Source: Octopus vulgaris
Taxonomy: Eukaryota
DNA: 64,000 nt
Direction of reading: 5' to 3'
NCBI GenBank assembly: GCA_951406725.2
Contig: OX597820.1
Span: 87,048,001-87,112,000 of the forward strand
Part shown: positions 11,734-24,660 of the stretch, piece by piece
Position numbering within the stretch: the stretch's first letter is position 1
How the letters are laid out: each line of letters opens with the position of its first letter
Position numbers and translations under genes: made by a program
Notes under the pieces: model-generated
What the model saw: the letters and a program-made list of their open reading frames with translations, nothing else
Database searches by the model: none
Told to the model about the DNA's origin: nothing

Positions 11734-13021
11734 TTGTGGTACGAAACTTGCTTCCCAACCTTATGGTTCTAGGTTTAGGGATCTAGTCTTGCAAAATTTT
11801 GCTCAGATTGCTTTCAATTTTTGGTGTATCAATGCAACACTGAATTTTGATTGCGATCAACCAATCACTTTATCTCGTAAATTAAAGAATGTGACGTTAT
11901 TTGGAAATAAAGTTGAGAAATTTGGATAAGTTGAGCAAATCAACTGACAACATGGCATTATCAGCTTGTCAACGTTGTGTTGTGTTTCACCCCTATGTGT
12001 TGATTCTTCGCACCACGAGATTAACGTCACCTGCGTGTTTTGTTTTAATAAAAATTTATATTTATCAATTAGAATTTTATTATAGATATTTTTCGTCAAT
12101 TGTCTTAATATTTTACATATTTTTCATATATAGCAAAAGTTGTTTACGATGATTATATAGTTTCTTGGCATTATGAAGGCGAATGGAATATGTGAACTTA
12201 GTACAGATAATTTTACATTCTTTTTGAATTCTGCATGCAAAAACATATAAGATACAGGTATTCATTTCCTTGGGACAAATTCTTTGTTGACCAGTGTTAT
12301 TCTTATCGTGGTTTACAAATCCAAACATGAAAACGTTATTCAACTTTGAAGTTTTGGAGACAGACGCCCCCTTTTCACACACACATGCACTTATATATTA
12401 ATGATGTACACAAATGCACGATAGGTATACATTATATTGAAATACGCATAAAGGAAACAATGCAGACAAATATATTAATATAAGAAATTAAAAAAAAAGT
12501 AATAAAAACATATAATCAATGAAGAGACAAAAGAAACAGTAAGATGATACAAGTTGATTTTATTAGGTATTTTTGTTTATTTAGAAACCTACAATTAAGA
12601 GGTCATTCCACAGACGCTAAACTATAAATTTCACAGGGTACAACCTTAAAATTGACACCGCTCCGCTAAACGCAGAAAGTTTGTCTCGCTATTGGCTAAA
12701 AATACACAATTTTTCGATTTTTAAAACCCTGTAACTTTTTCCTCCAATATTTTTTCTCCACGACATCATACCTTCATAGCAATTAGACTGGAAAACTTTA
12801 TCATTATAGCCGATTTTCAGATTTTATACTGTCTTTTAATAAATGCATATTTTGTGAATGAAAAAACTAGATCCAGGTTCAGTCCTACTGTGTGGCACCT
12901 TGAGCAAGTATTTTCAGTTATTGCCTTGGACCGACCAAGGCCTAGCGAGTGGATTTGATAGTCAGAAACTGAAAGGAGCCCCCTGTATTATACACACACA
13001 CACACGCACACACACATATAG

Positions 13022-13076
<55 letters not shown>

Positions 13077-13263
13077 TTTGTGTTTGTCCCCCACCACCGC
13101 TTGACAACCGGTGTTGATGTGTTTACGTCCCGTAACTTAGCTATTCGGCAAAAGTTACCGATAGAATATGTACCAAGCTCAAAAAAAGTGCTCGGGTCGA
13201 TTCATTTGACTAAAAAAATTCTTCAAAGCATGGCCACAGTCTAATGACTGAAACAAGCAAAAT

Positions 13264-13314
<51 letters not shown>

Positions 13315-13954
13315 TTGCATTTTGTTTTTATTGGTTTGGATATTAAGCCGTGGCCATGCTGGGGCACCGCCAGTGTACATACATACACAACTCACTATAT
13401 TACATATGTAATATCCAACCGTATTTTATGTGAGACAAATGATGTTTACATGTTAAATAACCGAACTACAGTTTCATTGATTGGTCCTTCGGCCGACCGT
13501 AAGATGTTAGTGTATTGAAATGGAAACAAACAGGGATGTATGGCTGGCCGAAAAGGGGACTGAAAAAAGTCCCTATTTCTAAAGTAATTCGTTTTTAAAA
13601 TATGAATTAAATTCGATTTGTATATTTTCAACGTTAACTTGTATTTTTGTAGCACAGAAGACACAATCTATTATCAACTCTTTTAACATGTAACTACATT
13701 GAAATCCATTTCGCTAAATGGAATTGAGAAGTTTCATTATGAATTAACATTATAAGTTCGGTGGTAGTGGATTGTTTGTTCTATTTCTTCCGTAAACGTT
13801 CTGAGTTCATATCTCACAGAGGTCAACTATGCCTGTCCTCTCTCAGGAGTTGGAATAATATAAAATACTCGTGTCAATGGTATTGACTAAAACCTTTCCT
13901 TGAGCCTAAACTAAAAACCATTATTAATTACAAGGTCATTACCAGTTCAAATAT

Positions 13955-14390
13955 GGGATCTTTTCGGTTTAAACGGCAGTTTTTTCTAGCGGTGTCATAG
14001 GAAATTGTCACCCATAATTATGACCCTAGTATCTATTGCATTTCAATCTAATTTAGGGTTAGGGTTAGAGTTATGGTTAGTTAGGGTTAGGGGTGGGGGA
14101 AGGGTATCTTTTTTTTCTTCAGAAATGTAAATAAACCCAATCTGTTTCTTAAACGAGGGACATATTCATACGGCACAGAATGTTTTCACCTCAAAAGACG
14201 GTCATTGATTGGTTGAAATTGCAGAAATTGAAGAAAAAAACAACAAATATCTTACAAACTATAGAATTTTCTCAATAAAGCCAAGAGAAAAAGATGTTTT
14301 ATAAACACATTCTACCAGTATACGAAGTTTAAAATTTTTTAGTTACCTAGAAATTATGTTAAAAACTGCCGTTCAAACCGAAAAGATCCC
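13955..14390. mobile_element. MITE with 30-bp TIRs, 6-bp TSD (AAATAT) and internal (TTAGGG)n
   Basis: TIRs gggatcttttcggtttaaacggcagttttt / aaaaactgccgttcaaaccgaaaagatccc (1 mismatch). AAATAT at 13949-13954 and 14391-14396. TTAGGG-like run at ~14053-14095. Confidence 0.9.
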
Positions 14391-15206
14391 AAATATGTTT
14401 GGGGCATATTCGAACCCGTAAGAAAGCTATTCACTGTGTTTTGTAATGGAGAAAATTCCTCGCAGTACACAAACGGTGTAAATATGCCTAAAATCTGAGC
14501 GCAGCGCCACCTACCCGGGATGTGATATGCAAACACTTCGGATTGGTTATCTCCTCTTCAGTCACAGAAACCGGACAGGGTGCGCTAATTAATACCTCAT
14601 CAATGATCACACCATCTCTCTCTCATCGTCTGTCCCCCTCGTTTCTGTTTTCTCCCTAACCACCAAAGATACAATTCTTTAAATCAGTTCAAATATTTTT
14701 GAGACTCATCTGACCTGTAAAAAGATCATTTTCACGGCGGTTTGCTGTGCAGAAAATTCTCACTTTAGGAAACAGGCGTTAAACACCAACAGGCATTTCA
14801 GGGCGTCTCAGTGGACTGATGAATGCATTTCAAACAAACCAATAATGACAACCCTGAAAGAGTGTGTTTAATTCATAACACTGCTTTTGCGTGTCTACTT
14901 CAGAATTACAAAAGATAGTAACTGGAGGTTGCTCATTTAAATATAAGCACACTCTGTAACTGACACAGCTTTACATAATAGTTCATGGTTCGTGGATCTA
15001 ATTTCATTAGGATTCTAAATAGAGAGGTATCAGCGCATATACATATTTATTCATAACTCACACTGTATTGATGTCACTGTAAGAATTATTGACTATTAGT
15101 TGTCAAACATTTATCATTATGTAAATGTGTCAGTCACAAGTTGTTCACACTTTAATATATTAACGTTTATTGATAGTTTCTGAGAGAAGAAAGTGTGCCT
15201 GAATAT

Positions 15207-15630
15207 TGGCTTCAAATTTTGGCACAAGGCCAGCAATTCCGGGGGAGGGGGTAAGTCGATTACATCGACTCCAGTGCTCAACTGGTACTTGTTTTATCGG
15301 CCCCGAAAGGGATGAAAGGGAAAGTCGACCTCGGCGGAATTTGAACCCAGAACGTAAAAATAGAGGAAATGCTGCTAAGCATTTTGCTTGTTGTGCTAAC
15401 GATTCTGCCAGCTCGCGCCTTATTGTAACCGAATATTGATGAAGTGTTAAATCAAGCCTGAAATTTTGGTGGAGGGGCCTAGTCGATTATATAAATCCCA
15501 GTGCTCGACTGCTACTTATTTAATCGACCGCGAAAGGATGAAAGGCGAAGTCGATCTCGGCGGACTTGGAATTCAGAACGCAAAGCCTGATTTTGTCCGT
15601 CGCGCTAACAATTCCGCCAGTTTACCGCGT
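15207..15630 (-). mobile_element. Two adjacent SINE family B copies
   Basis: Family B central motif at ~15290-15355 and ~15520-15580. Confidence 0.85.
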
Positions 15631-15651
15631 TTTCCAAATGTTAATAAATAA

Positions 15652-16755
15652 CACTGGCCTGCATGATTTTTTCATTGACTATATGGTATTTTTTTCGAAA
15701 TATATGGGAAAAATAGTGATTCACGGTGTTTTTTTATTCATCTCTATCACATCAGGTTCTCATATTTTACAGAAACGTTACTTTTCTCTTTTTGTATATC
15801 ATATGATAAAGTATATTACCAATGAAAATACTTACCTTATATTGACTTAAATATTAAATCTAATATATCTTTCCTTATTTTCCGATTGTGAATATGTCTA
15901 GAGGCTGCATAAATTCACCAGGCATATTTTGTTATGTCTGCAAGCAATTTACCCCTTCAGATTCCCGGAGCAATATCACTCCTTTGTTGAAACACTGTTA
16001 TTTAGCGTATTTTGACTGCAAACTAAGAGGCCAGGACAAGCCATTTGCACCTCACAAAGCTTGCAAGAGTTGCAGTTTTCAAGGTGAATGCTAGATTTTT
16101 CTTCAAGCTTCTTGGGAAACAGCTGCTCCCCAGAATATGAAAAAATGATCCAAGACCTAATATCAAGTTTCCAACAACTTGGATCTAGAATGAATGAAAA
16201 GATGCACTTTTTGCTCTCACATCTTGATTAATTTCCCAAGAATTGTAGAGGCTACATGAAGAACAAGAAGAGAAGTTCCACCAGGATATTTTTATCGTGG
16301 AAACTCGATACCAGGACACATGGAATATCAGCATGATGGCGGATTACTGCTGGTCAATGAAACGTGGTGTTGGTTCGGATGCATAGCACAAACAGAATTC
16401 AAAGTGGTCCTCCTTCTTTTGAATCAATATGTAGGCGAACCATTAGGAGTATATTTTTGTTACATTCATTTGATTTTACGTTGGTTTATAATTCATTTCA
16501 TGTTGATTTGGAATACATATATTCTTAAAACAAACAGAATATGCTTTTTCATGATTACTTGCTTAATTTTAATAAAGTAACAATTTATTAAAAATTCATA
16601 CTTTTATATTATCATTAATTTGTATTTTATTGAAAATCCTTATGCGATGAAGTAAAATGGTTTAGATATTTAAAATCGGCATCCCAAGGATATGGAAGAT
16701 CACATCCGTAAATAAAAATTAAAATTTAAAGAAAATTCCCAAATGCAGACCACTG
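15652..16755 (+). mobile_element. Internally deleted TIR DNA transposon with transposase remnants (Tc1/mariner-superfamily-like; m44-type assignment from memory)
   Basis: Short imperfect TIRs CACTGGCCTGCAT / ATGCAGACCACTG, the right one followed by TA. N-terminal CINSPGIFCYVCKQFT...YLAYFDCKLRGQDKPFAPHKAC (15894-16070) is joined to C-terminal KMHFLLSHLD*FP, EEQEEKFHQDI..ETRYQD and SMMADYCWS. Confidence 0.8.
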
Positions 16756-17639
16756 TAATAAATAGCAGAGGATGCGTCCTTTTGGGGGTTAAAAGTAGTA
16801 GTAACGCTGGTTCGTACGGAACAGCCATGTTGAAGTGGTGACAAACATTACTTCTCAGAATAGTTACTTCTTTAATTTCTTATAGAAATTTTCTAACTAG
16901 TTACTTTGCTTAATAAATAATTATTTCTAATATAGGAACAAGACTTGAAATATGGGATAAGGCGTTTAGTCGACCACATCGGCTTCAGTACTTAATCGGG
17001 ATACGATATTATTGACACCAGAGGGATGAGGAGCAAAGCTGGAATGATTTTTAATTCAGAATGCAAAGGATCAGAAAAAATAGTGCGATGCGCTAACAAT
17101 TCTAATAAATCACTACTCGTAATGATTGTTTCTAACAGAGATGCAAGGACAAAAAATTGTGAGGGAGGAAAACAACTGATTACATCAACCCAACTTTATG
17201 TACTTTGTCGATTGTAGGGGCATGGAAAGCAAAGTTACCCTTATTGGAATATGAACACGAACACATAAAGAGCCGAAAGAAATACGACAAGTATTTTTCT
17301 GACGTACTATCGAAGTGTTAAATAATAATTGTTTCAAAATTTGCCCCAACGCCAGCAATTTTAAGAGAAAGGTGTTAGTTGATTACATCGACAACAGTAC
17401 TTGACTAGTACCTTACTCTTTCGACTCCCGAAAGGATGAAATACAAAGCTAACCTCGGCAGTATTTGAACGCAGAACGTAAAGCACCAGAAGAAATGCTG
17501 TTAAGCTTTTAGCCCATCGCGTTACTGATTCTGTCAGTTTGAAACCAATCAGGTCACTTCTCATGCGAAGCGCTTGAAAAGATTCTTGTGGGTCAAATTA
17601 CAGAGTGAGACTTCTTACCACACAGCAATTCTTGCGCTT

Positions 17640-17699
<60 letters not shown>

Positions 17700-18039
17700 T
17701 ATACACACACACATATTTGGGGATGGTCATTTTTGTTGTTGTTGCTAATTAACCACAGGCACTATATACATGTTCTTAATTTCAGTTTTATTATCATTCT
17801 TATTTCAGTTTGCTTTGCCTGAAATCTTTCGTCACACATCCTGTGACCTCTTCAACCACTCTCCTCTTGACCACGTGCCTCCTATTCTGTTTAATCCATT
17901 CTGTCTTTCTATGTGTGCATCGTCATCTGCTCATGCGTTTGCATCACTATTTTAGTGTGCATGTGTGTGCGTGCGTGTGTGTGTATGCACGCGCCTGTGT
18001 GTACGTGTTTATGTGTTTAGTATTTGTGTCTTGTGCGTG

Positions 18040-19470
18040 TGCCTTCTGGACTTGCCCAGATTTATCTTTGCTCCTATCATTGTTTCGTATTCCTTTAGAA
18101 TGGTTCGAACTACCTCCACCTCTGTGTTGTCCGATATCATTACGAAGACATATGCCGACAAATCTTTCCAGCACTCCAACTCAGACAGTATACACCTAAC
18201 TTTTGCAGTAATGACTCGAGAGCCAACAATTGCAGAACTGATCAGAGAGAGCACCTATTGTTCTAAAGTGATGTGGGCCCCGCCAAAAGCCATATGTTTC
18301 CCATATCCTTTATCACATGGGAATTTCCATCGATGGGTACCGTACGCTTTTTTTCTGTTCAAACCATTGATGACATGTAGCAATCATTTTACAAATGCCT
18401 TGCCCAAAGTCTTAAACCTTGCTTTTGGTGGGGTTATGGGCTGGAAATTATTTAAGACATCCTACTTGCTGAATTCCTTTCTAAGCAGCATTAACACATG
18501 CCCCGGTTCACAGGAATGGCATTTCCTTCGCTCTAATCAGTTGCGGTAGATGTTTGCCAAGGAGGTTGCTAAATAAGCCTGGTATATAGTCATAAAACTT
18601 AGGGAAGTAGATCATTCAAACCGATCACTACCTTTCATATCTCTCACCAGTATGTCACATCTTCCGCCGAGAGCCAAGGCAGGCCATCGAGATAAACACT
18701 GAAGACCTATTTCTTTACTACCCACTAGGGGCTAAACACAGAGAGGACAAACAAGGACAGACAAAAGGATTAAGTCGATTATATCGACCCCAGTGCGTAA
18801 TTGGTACTTATTTAATCGACCCTGAAAGGATGAAAGGCAAAGTCGACCTCGGCGGAATTTGAACTCAGAATGTAGCGGCAGACGAAATACCTATTTCTTT
18901 ACTGCCCACAAGGGGCTAAGCACAGAGGGGACAAACAAGGACAGACAAACGGATTAAGTCGATTATATCGACCCCAGTGCGTAATTGGTACTTATTTAAT
19001 CGACATCGAAAGGATGAAAGGCAAAGTCGACCTCGGCGGAATTTGAACTCAGAACGTAGCGGCTGACGAAATACCGCTAAGCATTTCGTCCAGCGTGGTA
19101 ACGATTCTGCCAGCTCGAAGACCATTACCTTCTCCCATTTATCGTTCGCTCTGAATAGTCAAGTAAATTTCTTTGGGAAAGCCGCACACATCTGCTTGAA
19201 ACTGCGTAGCCTGAGACAGTTCCGGTCTGTCAAATTGTGGCATTGTTGCAATGTCTCACATCTATCACTCGAGCGCCCAACAAACAGATTTCTTTGCCCC
19301 GTGCTTTAGTGCACGGGTTTGCTAATGCAGAGTTCATGTTGCGCGTGGAAGAAATTATCGAGAATCATTGTCGGTGCTAGATAATCACAAGCGATAGCTT
19401 TTCTAATGACCTCCAGTAGCTTGCTAACTAGCTCTCCCTCTAACCTATTTTCTTTATCACTAAACGCTAA
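18040..19470 (-). mobile_element. L1/Tx1-clade LINE ORF2 fragment (pre-RT to RT), interrupted by a SINE dimer
   Basis: Minus-strand remnants QMCAAF, YLDGLPWLSA, FYDYIPGLFSNLL, NNFQPIT...FKTLGK and LSAY...EVEVVRTILKEYETMIGAKINLGKS. Confidence 0.8.
18708..19116 (-). mobile_element. SINE family B tandem dimer with 7-bp TSD GAAGACC
   Basis: Two near-identical ~183-bp units joined at gacgaaatac|ctatttcttt (~18890). GAAGACC at 18701-18707 and 19117-19123. Confidence 0.9.
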
Positions 19471-19483
19471 CAATTCTTATTAG

Positions 19484-19539
<56 letters not shown>

Positions 19540-19991
19540 CCTTTCTACTATAGGCACAATACCTATAGTGAGGAGGTGGACAGTTAATCACATCGACCCC
19601 AGTACTCAACTGGTACTTATTTTATCGACCCAGAAAGGATGAAAGGCAAAGTCGACCTCGGCAGAATTTGAACTCAAAACGTAAAGACGGACGAAATGCC
19701 GCTAAGTGCTTTGTCCAATTTGTAACGATTCTGCAAACTCGCCGCCTTAGCAACAACAACAACAACAACAATAATAATAATCCTTTCTACTTTAAGCACA
19801 AGGACTGAAATTTGAGAAGAAGGGTAAGTCGATTACATCGACCCCAGTATATAACTGCTACTTAGTTTTATCGACCCAGAAAGGATGAAAGACATAGTGG
19901 ACCCGACGGATTTGATCTAAGAACGTAGCGACTGACGAAATACTGTTAAGCATTTCACTCGGCGTGCTAACGAGTCTGCCAGCTCACCACC

Positions 19992-20048
<57 letters not shown>

Positions 20049-20203
20049 GTTTCAAATTTTGCCACACGGGCAGCCATTTTGGGGAGGGGATGTTTCGATT
20101 ATATCGACCCCAGTGTTTCACTGATACTTAATTTATCGATCCCGAAAGGATAAAACGCAAAGTCGACCTCGGAGGAATTTGAATTCAGAATGTACTGCTG
20201 CTG

Positions 20204-20287
<84 letters not shown>

Positions 20288-20325
20288 ATAATAATAATAA
20301 TAATGATAATAATAATAATAATAAT
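19484..20325 (-). mobile_element. Three SINE family B copies embedded in (AAT)n/(AAC)n/(ACT)n tracts
   Basis: Copies at ~19540-19748, 19781-19993 and 20046-20193, each preceded on the plus strand by (AAT)n. Confidence 0.85.
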
Positions 20326-20326
20326 G

Positions 20327-20620
20327 AAAATCACCAAGTACTTCGAACTGAAAGTGGAAATGGCAAGACTGTATGGAACGCGAGAGGGTAATGTAAAAGT
20401 GATACCAGTGGTGATCGGAGCGTTGGGCTCAATCCCATTGAAACTTCAAAACTTCTTAAGGCAACTGGAAATCTCATGCAACATTGATGCCTTGCTAAAA
20501 ACAGCCTTATTGGGCACAGCGCACATTTTAAGGAAATATTATCTGTCTCAGGTCCTTGTTGTGACTTGACAGATGACTAAATACTCCGGGGCATTTTTAC
20601 CTACACTGTGATACGAAGGA
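20327..20620 (+). mobile_element. 5'-truncated R4/Dong-type LINE 3' end inserted in (TAA)n
   Basis: KITKYFELKVEMARLY...VKVIPVVIGALGSIP...LLKTALLGTAHILRK, with (AAT)n on both flanks. Confidence 0.85.
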
Positions 20621-20748
20621 ATAATAATAATAATCCCTTCTATTATGGGTACAAGGCCTAAAATTTTTGGGGAGAGAACTAGTCAATTGCAACGACCTTC
20701 AGTACTCAACTGGTACTTATTTCATCGACTCCGAAAACATGAAAGGTA

Positions 20749-21293
20749 AATGCCCTGATGCAGTACCAGACAGTGGCTCTCAGGGCTTTGATCTTAACTG
20801 ATTAGAAGTGCTATCATATACATTGATTCGTCTTCATATAAAAGATGGGCTCCATAAAATATTCTGCTCAATACCACAGATTTATTAGTCAGTTGTTTGA
20901 CCTTAGCTAGTTGAGCATGTCCCTTGGTGGCTGACGATATGAGCAGTAGTAGTAGGGGAAACATCATAGCAATGTGTTGAGAGGAATTCTTTGGGGTTTG
21001 AATAATCCACCTCTGGAAACATGGGTGTTTCGTTTATCATCCTTAAACAAACCTTATTCAGGGACCTTTTGAGCGGCATCGGCCACTCAACCTGAAGAAA
21101 ATTCTAAGTGGGCCCCACCTGCAAGTTCATGTGCTGTTTATCTTGATATGAGATCTCCATATTGCGCACATATGGTTGTGATGCATGTGTCTGGTGTACC
21201 CTTATCGGACAGGCAGTCATGATGGGTGGTTTATTGGATTTCGTATATTTGTACCCCAGTGTCACTATGATAGCATGCACTACTCTCTCACTC
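20749..21293 (+). mobile_element. Dispersed repeat ending in ctctcactc(AAT)n; unclassified, orientation assumed
   Basis: Homologous to 59113-59581 along that copy's length and to 26875-27053 over the last ~180 bp. All three abut (AAT)n at the same end. Confidence 0.8.
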
Positions 21294-21348
<55 letters not shown>

Positions 21349-21817
21349 CCAGTTGGTAGAATTTTGAGACCAAAAACAATTTCAATAATAATAATAATGG
21401 TTTCAAATTTTAGCACAGGTTCAGCAGATTACATGGAATCCAGTACTTCACTGATACTTATTCTATCGAACCCTCCCCCACAAAAAAGAAAGGTAAAGTC
21501 GATCACGGTGGAATTTGAACTCTGTACGTAAACGCAGACGAAATGCTGCTAAGCATTTTGTCCGGCATGCTAATGATTCTGTCAGGTCGCCGCCTAATAA
21601 CAATAATAAAACTAATTAATAATAATACTAATGTTTTCAAATTTTGGCCCAGGGCCAGCAAATTCGGGGATGGGATAAGTCGATTACATCGACCCCAGTG
21701 TTCAACTGGTACTTATTTTATAGACCTAGAAAGGATGAAAGACAAAGTCGACCTCATCGGACGAAATGCCACTAAGTATTTTGGCCGGCGTGCTAACGAA
21801 TCTAACAGTTCGCAGCC

Positions 21818-21883
<66 letters not shown>

Positions 21884-22788
21884 CAACAACAACAACAATA
21901 ATAACAAAAACAACAACAACAATAACAATAATAATTTGAGTTGCCCTAATTTCATTCCTCCCTATGCTCCTTGCCGGACACGTGTTTGATCGTCTGTAAG
22001 AGAGAACACAGTTTGTTTACTTTCCAGTCATTAAGTTCTTTACACAAAAAAAATATTGATTTATCAATGATCTTTCAATAACATCTAGCACTGGATGGTA
22101 GTAACGTTAAGCCGAGAAACTTCCAATTCTAAATAAACAGCCGATTCTCTTCTCGCCCACCCACACGTTGCATCTTCAGTTTTTGTTTCTATCAGGCATG
22201 AACTATTCTTCCTTTCTTTCTCATGTCTATCGGCTCCAGTATCTTCATCATTTCTATTGCATTTCCTTACGATTTGATCATAATATTTTTCTCTGCGATT
22301 CTCTTACGATTCCGTCAGAGATCAATACGAACATCGGCAATGTAACATACAAAAATGACCTTCAAAACGTACTCTCTACATCCCACCGCGTACTTAAAAA
22401 CAGATGCTCACTTCCTGTATGGTAATCAAAGTATTGAAAAATTTAAGACTGGCAGTTTTCGTTATTTCTCTAGCATTCTTAGAAAAAAACTATAGATATT
22501 TTGAAATTTCCTCAGCTAGCTTTCTAATCTTCTTTTCATTCATTATATCATGAATATATCTTTAATCCCTTACTTAATTCACTCATTAGACTGGAGCACT
22601 ACCTTGAACTTTTAGTCGAATGAATCGATCCCAGTACGTCTTTTTTAAGCCCGGTAATTATTCTATCGCTCACTTTTGCCAAACTGCTACGTTACGGGGA
22701 TGCAAACACACAAACACCAGTTGTCAAGCGATAGTAGGGGACAAACATAGACAGAAAGACGCACATATATAGATATACATGAATACAG

Positions 22789-22888
<100 letters not shown>

Positions 22889-23067
22889 TTATACGACGGG
22901 CTTCTTTCAGATTCCATCTACCAAATCCATTCACAAGGCTTTGGTCGGCCCGAGGATATAGTAGAAGACACTTGCTTAAGGTGTCACGCAGTGGGATTAA
23001 ACTCGGTACCATGTGGTTGTGAAGCAAGCTTCTTACCACACAGCCATGCCTGCGCCTTTTGTTCTCT

Positions 23068-23171
<104 letters not shown>

Positions 23172-23189
23172 AGCAAATAAAAAATAACT

Positions 23190-24660
23190 AAATGATAAAA
23201 GACCGGTTAAACTGCTCGGGATCTAGTTGGACAAGAACTGGGATGAGATTACAAACAGCATAGTCAGCCGTACACAGAAATGAGCTGAGAGGAAGCTATC
23301 CATGAAAATAGCGAGAAGCTGGCGAATGTCTACATCACCTGTCATAATTTATCACCTAACTGTCTTGCTGGTTTGTTTTTTCGTTTCCTGTCAGGTGCCA
23401 GCACATTTTGCAAAGCGGATTAGATATGAGTGTACAATTTAAGAGGCATTCTTTTCCACAGCTCTCTTCTTCAAAGTTGTTTAAGTTCTGGGTCAAGAAA
23501 GCCCAAGATTGAACACCTGGTATCTGAAATATCAAGTGCACACACCGCTTTCTACTAGTTGGAAATTGCTGTCAGTAGGGGTTTTGCTTTAGCAATATAG
23601 AAAGATTAAGTCTTAGATAAAGATTGAGTCTTAGATGACTTCTTCAGAAATACTCCAGTGTCAACGAAGACAGCCTGTTTTGAAAGATTCCCGGTACAAA
23701 TACTAGTGTGGATTATTTCCAGACATTCTTGGTCAAGCGGTGTAACAAAGGGGAACTACCGGTTAGAGATAAACTTTGCATTCAGAGTCACCAGGCGAAG
23801 TTATCCGAGACGCAGACAGAGCATGTGAAGTCTCAGATCACTGATGACTTGGGGAATTACGTCAAGCAAATGTTGTCAAACGTGGGACGGATGCAGCTAT
23901 TTGCTGAGTCCATAGTAGAGCCCAGCATGTTACGCAGGTTGTTTTTCTGTTTGTTGGCTACGGTGAAGGAAGTTGTGCGGTGGATGAGGCTGAGAGAAAA
24001 GAGCATAGTCTTTCTGCTTCAAGTTTCATTTGGAATGAAAAAGAGGATGGAGAATGAAGTGCTCTCTACCAGTGAATTTGCCAAAAGGCAGGTGACTGGC
24101 AAAATGGTTAGAGTGAACGGAACTATTGTACGGAGACGCGTGGGTTAGTGGTTAGGATGTTGGACTAATGATTGTAAGAGTGTGGTTTTGATACCTGGAA
24201 CGGGTGCAGCGCTGTGCTCTGGGGCAAAACACTTCATTTCACATTGCTCTAGTCCACTCTGCTGACAAAAATGAGTAATCCTGAGACTCCCGTTTAAGTG
24301 GAGAATATATATAGGCCATGAAATCGGGAAACCAGCTCGGTATAACTCGAGAAGGTAACTCTACCTACTTTAAGTATATGAGTGTAGATTGGAGAGCAAC
24401 AATTGAACAAGAATTCATGCTTTCGATGGTCAGGGTGATCAGAGTTCTGTGGGGGTTTTGAGTGGCTCTAGTTGGGTGTAGATGGATGCTCGCCTTTTAT
24501 GAGGGGGACTGCATTGTTCATATTATCACATATTTTGCATACTATATATACGTTTCATCTCGTTAACCCTGTATACTGTTTCCCATTACTCAAATTATAG
24601 TCAGTTTTGTAATGACCCCCTTGGGCTGACACCTCTGAGGCAATTAAAAGAAATTATTAC
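23190..24660 (+). mobile_element. L1/Tx1-clade LINE 3' part (post-RT region and 3' UTR), interrupted by a family C SINE at 24132-24360
   Basis: RPVKLLGI, DKNWDEITNSIV..TQK*AERKLS, ANVYI, GELPVRDKL, FFCLLATVKEVVRW. Ends ggcaattaaaagaaattattactatt. Confidence 0.8.

Noticed and set aside
14053-14095. TTAGGG repeats as a true telomere or fusion site
   Set aside because: The run is short, degenerate and enclosed by MITE TIRs.
17965-18549. 194-aa plus-strand ORF as a host gene
   Set aside because: It is the antisense shadow of the L1/Tx1 RT remnant and begins in a (TG)n tract.
18708-19116. SINE B multimers as a retrozyme or CRISPR-like array
   Set aside because: I found no CUGAnGA/GAAA core in the unit on either strand, and there are no unique spacers. 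The units carry a Pol III B box.
19296-19325. Hairpin ccccgtgctttagtgcacggg as a Helitron 3' end
   Set aside because: It lies within the minus-strand L1/Tx1 ORF2 remnant and is not followed by CTAG.
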